Under the pieces are notes generated by a model that saw nothing but the letters and a program-made list of their open reading frames with translations, ran no database searches and was not told the DNA's origin. From positions 8,556,001 to 8,620,000 of the forward strand of contig NC_088854.1 of NCBI RefSeq assembly GCF_963853765.1: a stretch of DNA of 64,000 nt, given 5' to 3'. Shown here one piece after another: positions 51,201 to 64,000 of this stretch (its first letter is position 1; each line of letters opens with the position of its first letter). The translations under genes were made by a program, and so were the position numbers. This stretch comes from Magallana gigas. Its lineage: Eukaryota.

Positions 51201-54200
51201 GGCTGCTAAGATGCATTTAATATTTTGCTGAAAGGTAACCAGGCATTTTGCCCACCCCTTACATTATAATTAGTTAAATACTTGTCAACAGTTTAAAGTT
51301 TTTTCCTAAACAATACGTGATTTGTACACTGTAAATAGGCATAAAATATTTTGTTAAGTAACTCTTTTTGTTTTAATTGGTCAAAATATTGAATGTGATC
51401 AAGATGCATATCCCATAACTATAGATATTTTTGCTGCATGTCAAGATGAACTGATTATAACGCTCGAAAAGCGTTATCAATTAATAGTGGCCATTAGCGG
51501 GTCAAATATTTCATCTGAATTTACATTTGTAAGCGCGGATCCAAAGTAAAAGGCCGTCCCTTTAAAAAAAAATCTCAAAATTAATCGTAGCTTTTTAAGA
51601 GGTTATATAAAAACATAGCTAACTTAACTTTTATGCATATATTTACTAACCGTCTAGGTCCATGCTTTCAAGGGGATCAGATAGATTTTTAACGTACCAA
51701 TAAAAGTTAATTACTTACATCTTAGATCTGTGCATGGTATAAAATGACATCCTCATATCTCAATGGATAAAACTGGATTTGATATTATCAACAAAATGCC
51801 AGAAATCAAGCATTTGTGAACAATAAATGTGAATGTAGCTTGCAGTGTGTTTACATACCGAATAAGAAGATCTTCCTTTTCTTCAGCAATCTGTTTCAGT
51901 TGGCGTGACATTTTACTTTCACTTTGATGATGTGCTTTTTTAAGCTCCTCTTCACGTCTTTTTAATCGTGAAGATTCTTCTCGTTCGAGTTTCAGAGATC
52001 TTAAAAGCAATATCGATTGTGAATTCCTTGACATTTCTTACTTTTACAATTTTAATTAAGAAGAACAGCCCAGCTACTTCTTACTAGTGTACAAGGTCTA
52101 TAATGATGAAATTAAATGCAAGGCAAAATATTAAATGATACTTACTTATTAACTTCAATATTTTTTTGACAAAGCTCTTCAAAGTAACTGTTCCCACTGA
52201 GAAGGAAACAGACTGTATAGACAATACGATTTATGACTTTTCAATATATTTCTGCATACAGTCGTTAAACATTGTAAATAGATAAGACAATAAATACATT
52301 TTTTTTTTCATTCTGCAGTCTTTTTGTTTCTATTTGATATTAACTCCGATAAAAACAAACTGAAAATGCAATACAAGTAGCTCGATACAATCATAAACAA
52401 CAAACGTACAAGGTCATTTAAAAGTACCTACGTTGAGCTTCGTTTACTATAAACCATATTTGATACTTTGCAATCAATATCCACAGGACGGGGAAGAATT
52501 GTAACTTTGTTTTTTGTCGTTTATATGAATTTGTAAAAGATTCCTTTTATATCCCGAATGTATCGCTCCCAATCTTATCAAAACTTTTTTTAATCACTTG
52601 ACAGTTCGATTTTACTGCATGTCAAGATAAATTGATTAATACGCTTGATAAGCGCTACCAGCTTATAGTGGCCAATAATGGTTCAGATATTTCATACAAA
52701 GAACTATATGTGATTTGAGTTAAATTTGGCCCCCATAATTTTTAAAAGTGTTTCGGGTACAATAGTTGTTATGCATTTTTTTTTTACAAGAGTTGATATA
52801 AAAATATTTAACCTATTTATATGTTTTTTTTCTTTTCACTGACAGTATATGACGTCCGAAGTGACGCTATTTCAAATCAGTCAAGAATTGACATTTTTCT
52901 TACCTTTTTACGAATGGGGAATATAAAGCGCATGCTTGAAAAAGGAAAAAAAACCTGTAACTGATTAGTCTTGGCTAGATATATCTCTGATTAAAATCGT
53001 TTGTTTGTTCAAGCATGTGCTTTTTGTTATCTGAACAAAATCTGCATAAAAACAAGCTTTTTTATGCTAAAAATGCAAAAATGGCGAAAAGAGGTTGTCT
53101 TTACGATGTCATATTTCTAAATTGTGAGCACTTAATTAAATCAAAATGAATATTATGTAGAAACATCACATATATATATATATGTACAAAGAAAACACAG
53201 ATTTACATTAAAATGATGATGTTTATTTAAGGGGGGCATTTTAGGCCCATATCATATATAGTCCTTTAAGAGGGGATCCACGATAATAGGCTTTCCATTA
53301 AAAATATTCTAGATCAATGCTATAAGCTAAAATCGTAGGCTTTGATGTAAAAGTTGACTTTTATACATATAATTACTAATTGTTTGGGTCATGTTTTCAA
53401 GAGGATCTGATAGATTTTAACGTACCAATAAAAGTTAACTACTTACATCTTAGATCTGTGCATAACATTAAATGGAACCCTCATAATTCAATGGATAAAA
53501 ATGAATTTGATATTATCAACAAGATGCCAAGAATCAAGCTTTTGTAAAAACTTGCGTTGAATGTAGCTTGCGGTGTGTTTACATACCGAATTAGAAGATC
53601 TTCCTTTTCTTTAGCAATCTGTTTCAGTTGGCGTGACAATTTATTTTCACTTTCATAATGTGCTTTTTTAAGCTCCTCTACATGTCTTTTTAATCTTGAA
53701 GTTTCTTCTCGTTCGAGTTCCAGCAATCTTAAATTCGAAATATTATACCATACAAAAAATGAACAATGATAGTTAATTTCTAGATATATTTCAATTTATC
53801 TCTTGTAATTAAAAATAATAGTGAAAACTTACAATAACTCCAAAGCTAGTAGAAATATATATAAATACATATAATGCTACCTACTGTTGTGCTATGATAT
53901 ATTTGTGATTTAGTTCCTCTACGTCTTTTTTCCAGCTAAAAAGAAAAGATGTTTTATTAATATATAGGTTATTATTGCATTCATATGGAACATTTCAATG
54001 TAGTTGCTGTAGCTTGATTTGACACTGTTTACATTTGATAATATGCTACCAGAAAAAAGAAACTGTGCATTATAAAATTTAGCATAAATTTTCTATATCT
54101 ATTGTTTGTATTTATAAAATTTAAACAATCAATAATGGTAATGTTTTTGACAATATCGGATGGTAACCGTCCGGGTGCACGGACTTTTTCATTGTTAGTG

Positions 54201-55922
54201 AGCACTTGTTGTTTATAGAAGAATTTGTATGCGCGAGTTTTACGGGCCAATACTGTTTGGAATAAGGACTGTAAAGGATTTGTTTAAACTTTTTTTGTTA
54301 AGGAAATCACTTTAGTTTCAACAACATTTACCCTTATGTCATGCCACGACTCAACAAAAACCAACGTTATCGTGCTGTTTGGATACTGCAAGCTGGAATG
54401 GCACAAAATACTGTAGCAAGACACTTTGGAGTTCATCGGAACACCATCCAGTCATTATGGAGACGTTTTCAACAACCTGGCAAAACTCAGGATCGACCGC
54501 GCTCTGGGCGACCTCGTGTGACGTCATGTCAACAGAACAACCACATTAGACTTGTGCATCTGAGAAATCGTTTCCAGACAGCAAGTTTGACTGCCCGTAG
54601 CATTCCAGGGCTTCTACCAATTAGTCCAAGAACTGTGCGTAATCGTCTGCGCGAGCAAAACATCAGACCAAGACATCCAGTAGTGCGCCCAGTACTGCTT
54701 CAACGTCATCGTATCGCCAGACTAGCGTGGTGCACACGACATCTGCGATTCAGAATACAGGACTGGGCCAATATTCTATTCACTGATGAATCCAGATTTC
54801 ATTTGGATAGCAGTGACAACCGTTGTAGGGTGTATCGTCGAGTTGGGGAGCGTTACCAGGACGCTTGTGTTGTGCAACGTCGACAATTTGGTGGAGGTAG
54901 CGTTATGGTGTGGGGTGGAATATCAGCACGTGGAAGGACACCTCTACAAGTTGTCAATGGAAATCTCACCGGCGTACGCTATCGAGATGAAATTATTCAG
55001 CGTCATGTGATCCCCTTCATACAGAGACATCAAAATCACATCACTCTGCAGCAAGACAACGCAAGGCCACACGCTGCACGTGTAGTCAGGGACTTGTTTG
55101 TTCAACAGAATGTCGATGTATTGCCTTGCCCAGCTGTTTCCATCGATTTGTCGCCGATTGAGCACGTCTATGATGAAATGGAAAGACGTTTACGCCGTTT
55201 ACCAAATCAGCCAGTGACATTGGCTGATTTAGGCCAGGCTTTAACCAACATCTAGAACAACATCCCTCAAGCATTTCTGAACACTGTAGTGACATCAATG
55301 ATGCGTCGCTGTGAAGCATGCGTGAACGCAAATGGTGGTCACACGCGTTATTAATTTTGTTGATTCAATTTCAAATAACAGTGACTTTCGAATATGCTGA
55401 AATTGACGTTATTCGACGTTGACATTAATGTGTTATGAGATGTTGTTACGAATACATGTGTTAACAGTATTACAAAAAATAAAATTTGTTCATTGTAATT
55501 TTTAAATGTTTTTTTTATATATTAAATAATGCACAGTTTCTTTTTTCCGGTAGTATATTTTTATTTTGTATTTCAGTATGATGTAATAACTAGCTATTAA
55601 AAATAAAATGTAAAGACAAAACTAAGCGCCAAATACAAACTTCCCCAACTGGTATACAAACTCATTAACATAATTACGGTATTTTCCATTTACTATAAAC
55701 AACATATGATATTTGACAAAATTTTCCACAGAAAGTTTAAGATTTTTTACGCTATTCTGGTTAGTTTATTAAATTTTACGTTACCTCTTATATCCTGAAA
55801 GTATATCGCCGAGTTTTTTCAAACTCCTTTTCTTTTCTATACATTTTCCAATGCTATCACTCCGCATGCTACAATATTCAATGTAAGAAACATTAGAAAC
55901 ATATAGCACAATTTGATATACA

Positions 55923-56007
<85 letters not shown>

Positions 56008-56196
56008 GAATAACCTATTTAAAAAACTTTCAATATTGAATACAGTTTGTAAAACTACTGTCTTAATCTCTCTCTAGTAGTGTTTGCTGGAATGGTTTGT
56101 AATTCTCCAGGAGAATACGATTTTAAAACGAAATTGTCAAAGACTTCATCCTCAATATTTCTTGGATAAGAAATGAGCTCTCCATTCCAGCTTGAT
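48218..56196 (-). CDS. Coiled-coil + MIEAP (mitochondria-eating protein C-terminal-like) domain protein, 5' end not resolved; exons 56196-56059, 53935-53885, 53727-53587, 52196-52146, 51999-51859, 50721-50517, 49215-49120, 49042-48947, 48859-48218
   Basis: Exons of 138,51,141,51,141,205,96,96,642 nt join in frame (about 519 aa). The motifs LSRIAGAKLTNNNPHIADLSDDNRPTKLAEKFGQLYDDAWTD and CVELCWFMHITQPP...YMKSGTVIDYIVWPVMYLHENGPLLTKGIAQ match my recollection of MIEAP-domain proteins. The E/K/L-rich exons look like heptad coiled coil. The donor at 56058 (gtagtt) is weak. Orthology to SPATA18 is not claimed. Confidence 0.8.
50167..50400 (+). mobile_element. Tc1-like transposase N-terminal (HTH) relic
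   Basis: MGKRRELSENERQTVIGM...VAQEYNVHPSSIRQLI...DRQRSDRSRKTTVRQDRFI follows the Tc1 paired-domain plus GRPR-like pattern. Truncated, and I found no TIR pair. Confidence 0.75.
52700..53265. mobile_element. TTAA-type MITE family 3 in duplicated intron of the MIEAP-domain gene
   Basis: Left end gaactatatgtgatttgagttaaatttggccccc; the reverse complement of the right end is ggactatatatgatatgggcctaaaatgcccccc, with ttaa at 53266-69. Absent from the paralogous intron copy (~51520). Confidence 0.65.
54046..55553 (+). mobile_element. Full-length Tc1-family DNA transposon (defective)
   Basis: 28-bp TIRs ctacc(a/g)gaaaaaagaaactgtgcattat at 54046-54073 and 55526-55553 with 1 mismatch. TA on the right flank, TG on the left. 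Lies in an intron of the MIEAP-domain gene, antisense to it. Confidence 0.92.
54341..55354 (+). pseudogene. Tc1 transposase (DD34E) with premature stop
   Basis: Paired-like HTH, GRPR linker, FTDESRF, VMVWGGI, QQDNARPH and SPIEH, with 34 residues between the second D and E. TAG at 55253-55255 replaces an expected Trp, and the frame continues to GGHTRY* at 55354. WPA has become CPA and SPD has become SID. Confidence 0.92.
55928..56003. repeat. (TA)n microsatellite, ~38 units
   Basis: Read directly. Confidence 0.95.
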
Positions 56197-59100
56197 CTAC
56201 AAAAAGAGAATATAAATATGTGCAAATCCGGAGCAATCATTTAATCTACAAATTTTAAAATTTTTGGACTATTTTAATATAAACACAACCCTACTCTGAA
56301 ATTGTCTTCAGAAATACTTGTGTATAAACATCATAAGCGTTGAGGAGAGAACAAAACCATTGCAAGTCGTTTCTGAAAAAATAAATAAAAACAAGAATTT
56401 AAGAAAATCAATACTGCATATAATACAGCTCCTTGTTACAGCGTTGCAAATTCACAAAACATTCACTTAGAAAATCGTTCACTTACCATATTATAGAAAT
56501 AAAATTACCAAATATGTGGTGAAATGAATTTTGATAATTATTGAATGTTTATTCTTGAATAAACAATTGAATGATTAATTATTAATATTAAGGTATCTCA
56601 CTTGACAAGTTTTTATTTCATTGCGCACATGATCAATATATTTAAAAAGAGTAGAATTTTCTGTCCAATCATCACAGAAAGATTTATTTTCATTACAACA
56701 CAAGATGCATAAAAAAACCCCATTTGAATTCAATAAATAATCAGGTTTGATGGGGGAAATGTTTTTTTGCGGAGGTTTTTAAAAGACAAAATGGCAAAAA
56801 CAAGCAATTTTATTATATTCAATGAACCTTTTTATAAGACACGTTATCATGACTTGCATTTTTAACATTTGTTAGGTTAAGATCACATTCTATACGTTTT
56901 TAGTGTACAGAAGTGTGGTAGACCTTTAGCACAGAACTCTTAATGCCAAAATTTGGAAGCTCTCTACCTTATATTTGACATTACTAATTCCCATATTTTA
57001 TTATGCCACAATAATACTTAATACATATCTAGACAAACTTAATTAATTGTATAAAATTCTTGATACTCAAAAAGCTTTTATTTCAAATCAAATTGAAATA
57101 TTAAAGACAATTGTCTAAATGCAAAAGGCTCACAAAAGAAGGATTGTACTGGACATTTAAAAATTGTGACAAAATAAATTTAAAAAATGGGGACATATTT
57201 TAATTAAAGGAATTACTAATGTCTAAACTGCAACTTTATTACATTAATTTTTCAAAGTCTTTAAATTTCTTGAAAGATTGCTTGATTGTTTTCATGTTGA
57301 GAGGAATGCAAACATTAATATTTTATTTTTGGGCACTATGGAGTTACAATACAAGTTTCACTATTAAAGTTTAAAACTTAAAATTTTGATCGTAAAGCTG
57401 TAGTTAACCTGGTAGGATGCATTTTGGCTTTCTATTGAAATGCTAGCAAACATTCTCGAACACACATGTATCTTGTATTTGAAAAAAATATGAAAAAAAT
57501 TGATTCATATTGTTAATTGTAATGTAAATATTCTTAAAAGAATTTGATGAATTTAGGGATAAGCCTTATTTGTTATCTTCGCTCAAGTAAATACTTCATA
57601 AAAACTAAAAAAAACGAATGAAAAAAAATATTAAAAATTGTATTTTGAATACGGTACATGGTATTCCAATGTAAACCAAGCCTCGGGGTTCCGATATAAC
57701 AACTTGATAACATGCAGAAGCTCAATCACGGACAGTCCGATGCAGTCTTGTTCAGATAATCGATACCAAAGTACAGAAACCCAACACAGATCGAAATCAC
57801 ACACATCAGTTTTTGGACAGCCATTGCTTTTTTTATACCAATAAGTTGACACGTAATAACATTGCTATTCACGTATACTGTATGCAATAATCGCCGCCTT
57901 TTTCTTTTCGCCCTCGTTGTCAGTGGGCGAATTTATGACTGCGCAAATTCCAATAATTCAAGTAAATCTGTATCTTGGCGAAATCAAAACTGGGCAAATC
58001 TGTTTGCAAGTGTAGAAGTGCGAAATTAACACGGGGCGAAAATAATCCATTTGCTGTTAAGATAAGGTCAAATATATGGTTAAGAAATTATATAATTTGC
58101 CGAGAGATTAAGGTAAGAAAATTTCTGATTTATAGACTAGGTTCGGTAGATTTTTTCCCCTTGAAATCGTTTTGATTTTTTTACACAAATCACTACGCAC
58201 TTTTATCTTACTACTCATAGCTTGTGCATTCTAAATCAAAAATCTAGTTTGGAAATACTTAAAACGTAACACAAGCCATTGAAAAGAAATAAAATGTTTG
58301 TGTAAGACAAGTCAATAAACCCACATTCTCGGAATATTATTGCATTTCTTAAAACTTACTTGAAATTATAACAAATTAAAACATTAATTGTCTGATATTT
58401 ATACTTTGTTACGATGTACATATATGACTTTTTTGTACAAGTCGAATAAAAGAATACATATGATATAAATCATATCAGATTTCACGTCAGTTTACAAGAA
58501 ACCGATTGCAGGTCGGTTATCTAAAAGATAGATAGCGGGAATTCAATCATCTTGCAAGTAAACAAATATTGTAAAGCTTAATTAAGAAGGTCACGTGTTA
58601 ATAAACACCATTAATCGCATTAATTTTCATAAAAATGTAGAAAGATGACGGTACTGTCTACAACCTGCAACCTGCAATCACACGTTTGTTTATTTGATAA
58701 TTTAAGAAGTTAGATATGGGATTTTTACTATACATCATATTTTCATCACAAAATCGCCGCGATACTTTCATAACGAACTTTATGTAAATCCATATAGAGA
58801 ATCAGTAGACAATTTCATTTTAGTACATGATGTACAAAAAATCACCTTCGTCGATATGTTTTTTCTTTCAAAGTTATGATCCAGTACATGATTTAATTGT
58901 TGTCATTTAATGTGTCGTTTTATTACTCAACTAAAAAATCAGTAAAACGCTTGCTGCATCAAACAATACAGCCGCTGAATTAGTTAAAATAGAGATAAGC
59001 TGTTATTTTTGTTCAAAAGGATGCACTTTACAAACTAGTCCAGCATTTAGTTTGGTGTATAGATACATTTAACCGCTTAAATATTAGCAATTTTCTTATT

Positions 59101-60349
59101 CTTGCTGTTTCTGTTGATGACTTAGTGATTCTATTGGTGCACATATGTGGTCCAAATTAATACACGTTAGTTCTATTAAAAATTATTTCAGCATCTTGAG
59201 ATTCTGTTTAATATCATTATACTGTTTTCGGGGATGACTTTAATTTATTTGTTAATAAAAAGTAAAAATACAAAAGCCTGAATAACCCCAAATAGAGACA
59301 AGAAGTATTAAGACAAATTGAAATTTTTAACCTGAAAGTCATTTTTTTGTGAAAACAATCCAAATTTGAAAAAGTTCACATGAAGAAGACAAAACCAGTA
59401 AAACAAGCCAGGCTTGATTTTTTCCAAAGTAATAATCAATATTATTTTTTATCTTGATATCTTGCTATAACAACATTACATTTATTAATCTAATCAAGAA
59501 AGTTTGTTTAAAAGAAGATTTGAGAATTTACAAAGTATAAAACAGAATGGTGTTATATTTGGAAGGGATATTCATTCACCAATGCCTTAAATGCTTCCAG
59601 CACTACAATACCTGGAAATTGGTGATGATGTGTGTTGTTTCCAGTGTTTTGGCAGCCAACATTGATAACTCTGTTCATCAGCGCTAAAAGAAACCTTCAT
59701 TACTTGAATTATTGAACAGCCACATTGTTCATATGATTATCACTTCATGTGTCTCTTTCAAGTTTTTTAAATATGAATATCTTGTTATAAAACTCGAAAA
59801 AAATTCTCAAATCATCAATTGAAACCTGCTTATGAATATATCCTACATCAACGGACCAATCTTATTCTACGCTACAACGTATCAGAGATCACAACAAAAT
59901 TGAAAACAAACAATGATAAAATGTGAAAAATATGTTACTGTGCGGTACTTTTGAATGAAGATATAATAAAGTTGTAAAATATTTTTATATTAAAATTTGA
60001 ACCAATGCTCCTGGAAACCCAATTTTTGCCTAAGGGTCATGGTTAAAACATATTATAATCTACAATATCTAAAATACATAGTATAGTATTATAATTGCAT
60101 AGTAATATAAAAAATGTAAGCATTGAAATTCTTAATAAGATTATTGAACGATGCCCCCTTTATATTTCTTGAAACCCTCCAAGCAGCGTAGTAGAAGTCG
60201 GGAGGCACGGTGTGAACAATTTAGAATCTACACAAAATATAGAAGCGTTGAAGTAAGTATTGGCAATTCTGGTGCAGTGATATTTGAGAGGATACATGAA
60301 TAAATTGTTAAGACACGCATCCTATTTTCATTGTTTCATGGTTATTTTT

Positions 60350-60505
60350 TGAAAAGGGTTTCGCCTTATTTTAACAATTTTGAATCCCCTTCCCACAAAG
60401 ATGTTTAAATTCGGTGGTTCTAGAAAAGAGATGAAACTTATGAAAAGTTACCGACAGACGAACGAACGATGGACAACAGGTGATCAAAAAAGCTTATTCA
60501 TTGGT
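60350..60505 (+). mobile_element. HINE-like 3' fragment abutting a TTAA MITE
   Basis: aaaagttaccgacagacgaacgaacgatggacaacaggtgatcaaaaaagct matches the HINE 3' end and is cut off where the MITE starts at 60513. Confidence 0.6.
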
Positions 60506-60512
60506 ACATTAA

Positions 60513-60993
60513 AGGGGCATGGTCAGATTTTTGGTCAAATTTTATTTTTCTTATTTTATTATTTACAAAACTTTAGGAATGCATTTCTAATAATCAAATA
60601 AAATTGAGAGTTATCAGCAAGATACACGGCTTACAAGTCTTTATTATGTAAACAAGGCATGTGCCCTGGTTTTGTTTACATATGTTCAACATACCTGTAA
60701 AAAAATCTTTTTCAAGCTGATTTGTCTATGTTCTTATTCATTTTAAGCATAACAAGACAGTTTTAAACGTTTTACACATACATTTTAGATCTAAAACTGG
60801 AATTATCACCTCAACATTCAAAATGTAAACAAAAGCTTTGTTTTCATAGCAAAGAATAGTAACCTTTGTAACTCCCTTATAACTCATCGAATGACACTCA
60901 AATTTTGATTGTTTATTAACAATGCATTACTGAAGCATCGTAAACATTAAAATTGGAAAAATCATATTTGACCAAAATCGTTACCATACCCCT
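60513..60993. mobile_element. TTAA-flanked MITE family 1, copy 4
   Basis: ttaa|aggggcatggtcagatttttggtcaaa ... tttgaccaaaatcgttaccatacccct|ttaa. Confidence 0.82.
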
Positions 60994-61891
60994 TTAAGTT
61001 AAAAGTAGTTTAAGTTATCAACTGAAGTACAATTATTTACAAAGACTTCACAGCAGCGGCTTTGTCCCCCATTTTTTAAACTTTGACCTCTACAATAAAA
61101 ATAGGTTCATGTGCAAAATCATCGATGCTTATAGTTAAGTTGAATTTATACTGTGTACATGTTAAAATGATTTTAATACTAGCGAAAAACGTTTAACATT
61201 ATGTTTATAGTTTTTTTTCCATATATAGTGAGTCATCAAAGATTATTTACAAAATCAGATTTAGATTGAAATTTATGTAAATTTTCAATGAATAATCAAA
61301 TCATGTACCATATTATAATATGTTTTGTAACTTCGAAATGTTCAATGATTTTTATACTTAATTAAAGAATGGCACGATCGCATTTGTACTTTTGCTATTA
61401 TTGTAAAAATCTCTTAAAAAGTTTTTTTCAGTATTTTTATAAATCATTAATCTCAGGCAGGTACTTTTAAATTGTTATAAATATACAAAGGAACATAAAG
61501 CTTAGATAAATGAAGACATCTGGAAGTCTGAAGATGCACAACAATTGTTTTCAATTCAGTTTGTCAGTTTGATCATCTAATATTTATGGTATCTTTAAAA
61601 GATATTGTTCATACTTTTAAAAGAACATCGTTTTAACCATGAAGCATTTACAAATATCGAGTAATCAATCAAAATGTGAATCAATGATATCTTGAGACAG
61701 AGTATAGCTGTGAGAGTAAATTTGCTTGCATCTTGCTTACTTTAAGTACTTTGTAAAAGGGGGTATGTATTAGGTTTGAATTCAACTGTCTTGGTAAAGA
61801 GAACGATCATTCATAAAAAATTACTACCGCCAACAGGCATCTGCCGTTATATATTTTTCTCATATAAAAAATTTATACTTTTTACTAGATA

Positions 61892-62512
61892 CCGTATATC
61901 AGGTTTTTTCCGCGTGTATGCAAGTTCTGCTTTGTTCGCGACGATTGCTGAATCGCGGAAAAAATGAGCGTAAAATTTGATACAAAGTTTTGTTCTTGTA
62001 ATAGAGTTTTTTCTTTCCTTATAAAGTAAACAGGTAATTTACAGTACGGTGAACTGTGTTTAGTTAGTTTAGTTAGAGGTAAATATTGCGGGATCAGATG
62101 GCATGTGAGCATCATTGTTGATTTAATAATCCATTGACAAGCTAATTAAAACGGTCACTTTCCGTGCGTTAACCAATGTCTAATTATATCTGAGCAACTG
62201 GTATATGTAACGGTACATGATCTATTGATCTATGACTGTTTGCGTCTCTGAACATAATTATCGGTAATTATTTTACATTAAAAAAACCGTGTCATGGTTT
62301 TATTGGTGTAATGGTTTTATTGTCCGAATTTTTCATAAATTAAGAGTGACAATTTAGATACCTTTTTTCCTCTTACTTCTCAGGGTTAAACTTGAATTAT
62401 ATTTTCACTATGACTCTAAAAAAGTGAAAATTTGCTTCGCGAAAATATTATATACCATTCTAGGTTCTGATTCGCGGAAAAAACATGACGCAGAAAAAAA
62501 CCTGATATACGG
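61892..62512. mobile_element. TA-flanked MITE
   Basis: Perfect 18-bp TIR ccgtatatcaggtttttt / aaaaaacctgatatacgg with TA on both sides. Confidence 0.82.
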
Positions 62513-64000
62513 TAGTACACAAGATACACATCGCTGCATTTTTTGTTTTTATTTAGAACTGTCACATCAGCTGGAAGTTTCACTTGGAACATATATTGGT
62601 AAAATTAGTTTGTGATCCTCGCAGTCTCCCTATTCCTTTATGCCGTTCAACATGTAAGCTCACAACCAATTATAACAAAACGGTTTATTACGTTTGTCAT
62701 TAATAAAAGTCATCCCTCAATTTGCATCTTTTGTCTTATACATGCATTAGATGGTTAAGGGAGCACGGACCTTTGCATCTTACATTGGGCAATTCTTCCT
62801 AATTATTCACTGGTGTGCGTATAAAGGCGTTGATGTTAACTTCGATCCACATGCAAGTTAAGGTGGCTCTATACACCAGTTTTTGATGACGGAGTACGCA
62901 AAAAAATAAATCTGGAAGCATGCAATTCCGGTACTGGCTGATTTAATCTTAGGCGAATTGTATGGGGATCGCTCTTAAATCTAAAAAATGTTAAATAAAT
63001 AGATTTAATTTGATAATTGGAAAATTCATTATTTACATGTAAGGTGGTATTATTTATCGAAATAATCAATAAAATCAAGTATAATTTTATAAATACTTTC
63101 TTTCCCATCATTTTCATCTAACATGGTAGTGCAGTGGGTAAAATTCTAAACTGGTGAAAGTATTTCAATTCTAATTTACTTTAATTCACACTAACTTCGA
63201 CAGATGTTCCGTTTCACCTTAAGGGGATGGGAGGGTGGCTTTGAATTTCTCTCAGGTTGGGATACATAAATCGTATAAGTTAATTTTCCCCTTTATAAAT
63301 TTGACTTCGTTTTGCATTAACGAGAATATATTCAGTTATATATGCCTAAAATGAAATATGTATGTATTTATCATTTCAACACAATATTAAGGAAAAAAAA
63401 TTCAACTCAGAAATTGAAAAGTCCCCAAGGTGTTTGGGCCCTGGGTCTTAAGAACGATAACTTCTACCTGAGGAACTTTCATACCAAATTAATTTAAAAA
63501 AAAAAATTGATGTTAATTTGCAATGATTTTCATTCAATTTTTTATGTCACATTTATTTAAATACATTTTCTTATAACATCAGATAGATTTTTTAGATTAT
63601 TTGTCAACAGAGTAAGAATATATGAAAAATTATGTTTGGGGGAAATACTATAAAAACTGCAATAAAAAAAGTTTTGAATGATATGAAGTGTTATATTTTT
63701 TTATGTGTCTAAAGGAAATATCCTTCAAATGACAAAATGATTTCTCTCTATTTGTTAATAGTTAACTACAAAAAAATTCTTTAACAGAAACACAAAAAAT
63801 CATTAAAAAATTCTTTTAAAATACCTATGGTATCACTGTCATCTTTTTTGTATTGGATTAGTATATGTTTTGTTGTCTTCTATTGAAAATTGTAATAAAA
63901 TGTGGATGTATAGAGGCACCTTAAAATGATGGAAGTGGATAAAATTTGCTGTCAAGTATTATACCTTTTATTGCACAAAGTTTACATAAACATGTTCATC

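Noticed and set aside
59560-59830. Possible exon in the distal region
   Set aside because: Candidate frames hit stops and I found no consistent splice pair or homology.
58000-64000. Short ORFs (60-110 aa) here and throughout introns and repeats
   Set aside because: They are F/I/L/K-rich, many start at non-ATG codons, and they overlap MITEs or HINEs, as expected by chance in AT-rich DNA.

Overview
AT-rich eukaryotic genomic DNA with GT-AG introns. The repeat families resemble those of ostreid bivalves (oyster-like; this is an inference). The minus strand carries a tandem array of three intact 8-coding-exon Cys-loop (pentameric ligand-gated) anion-channel genes of the GlyR/GluCl-like branch: A 1883-12830 (410 aa), B 17920-25684 (390 aa) and C 31489-42823 (390 aa). 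B and C come from one segmental duplication (about 85% aa identity by hand count). Upstream on the same strand is a 5'-incomplete coiled-coil + MIEAP-domain gene (48218 to >=56196) with an internally duplicated two-exon module. Introns and spacers hold Helentron-like HINE elements with satellite arrays, TTAA- and TA-flanked MITEs, a full-length dead Tc1 element, a LINE-like fragment with a 64-bp direct repeat, and a Penelope-like fragment ending in a complete type I hammerhead ribozyme. The most notable signals are (1) orphan chloride channels with remodelled agonist sites and pores (loop D Arg to Tyr in A, loop C Cys lost in B, hydrophobic 6' and Cys 7' in all three), (2) the hammerhead ribozyme, and (3) exon-module duplication in the MIEAP-domain gene. 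All exon structures were assembled by eye from splice sites and frame continuity. No database searches were run.
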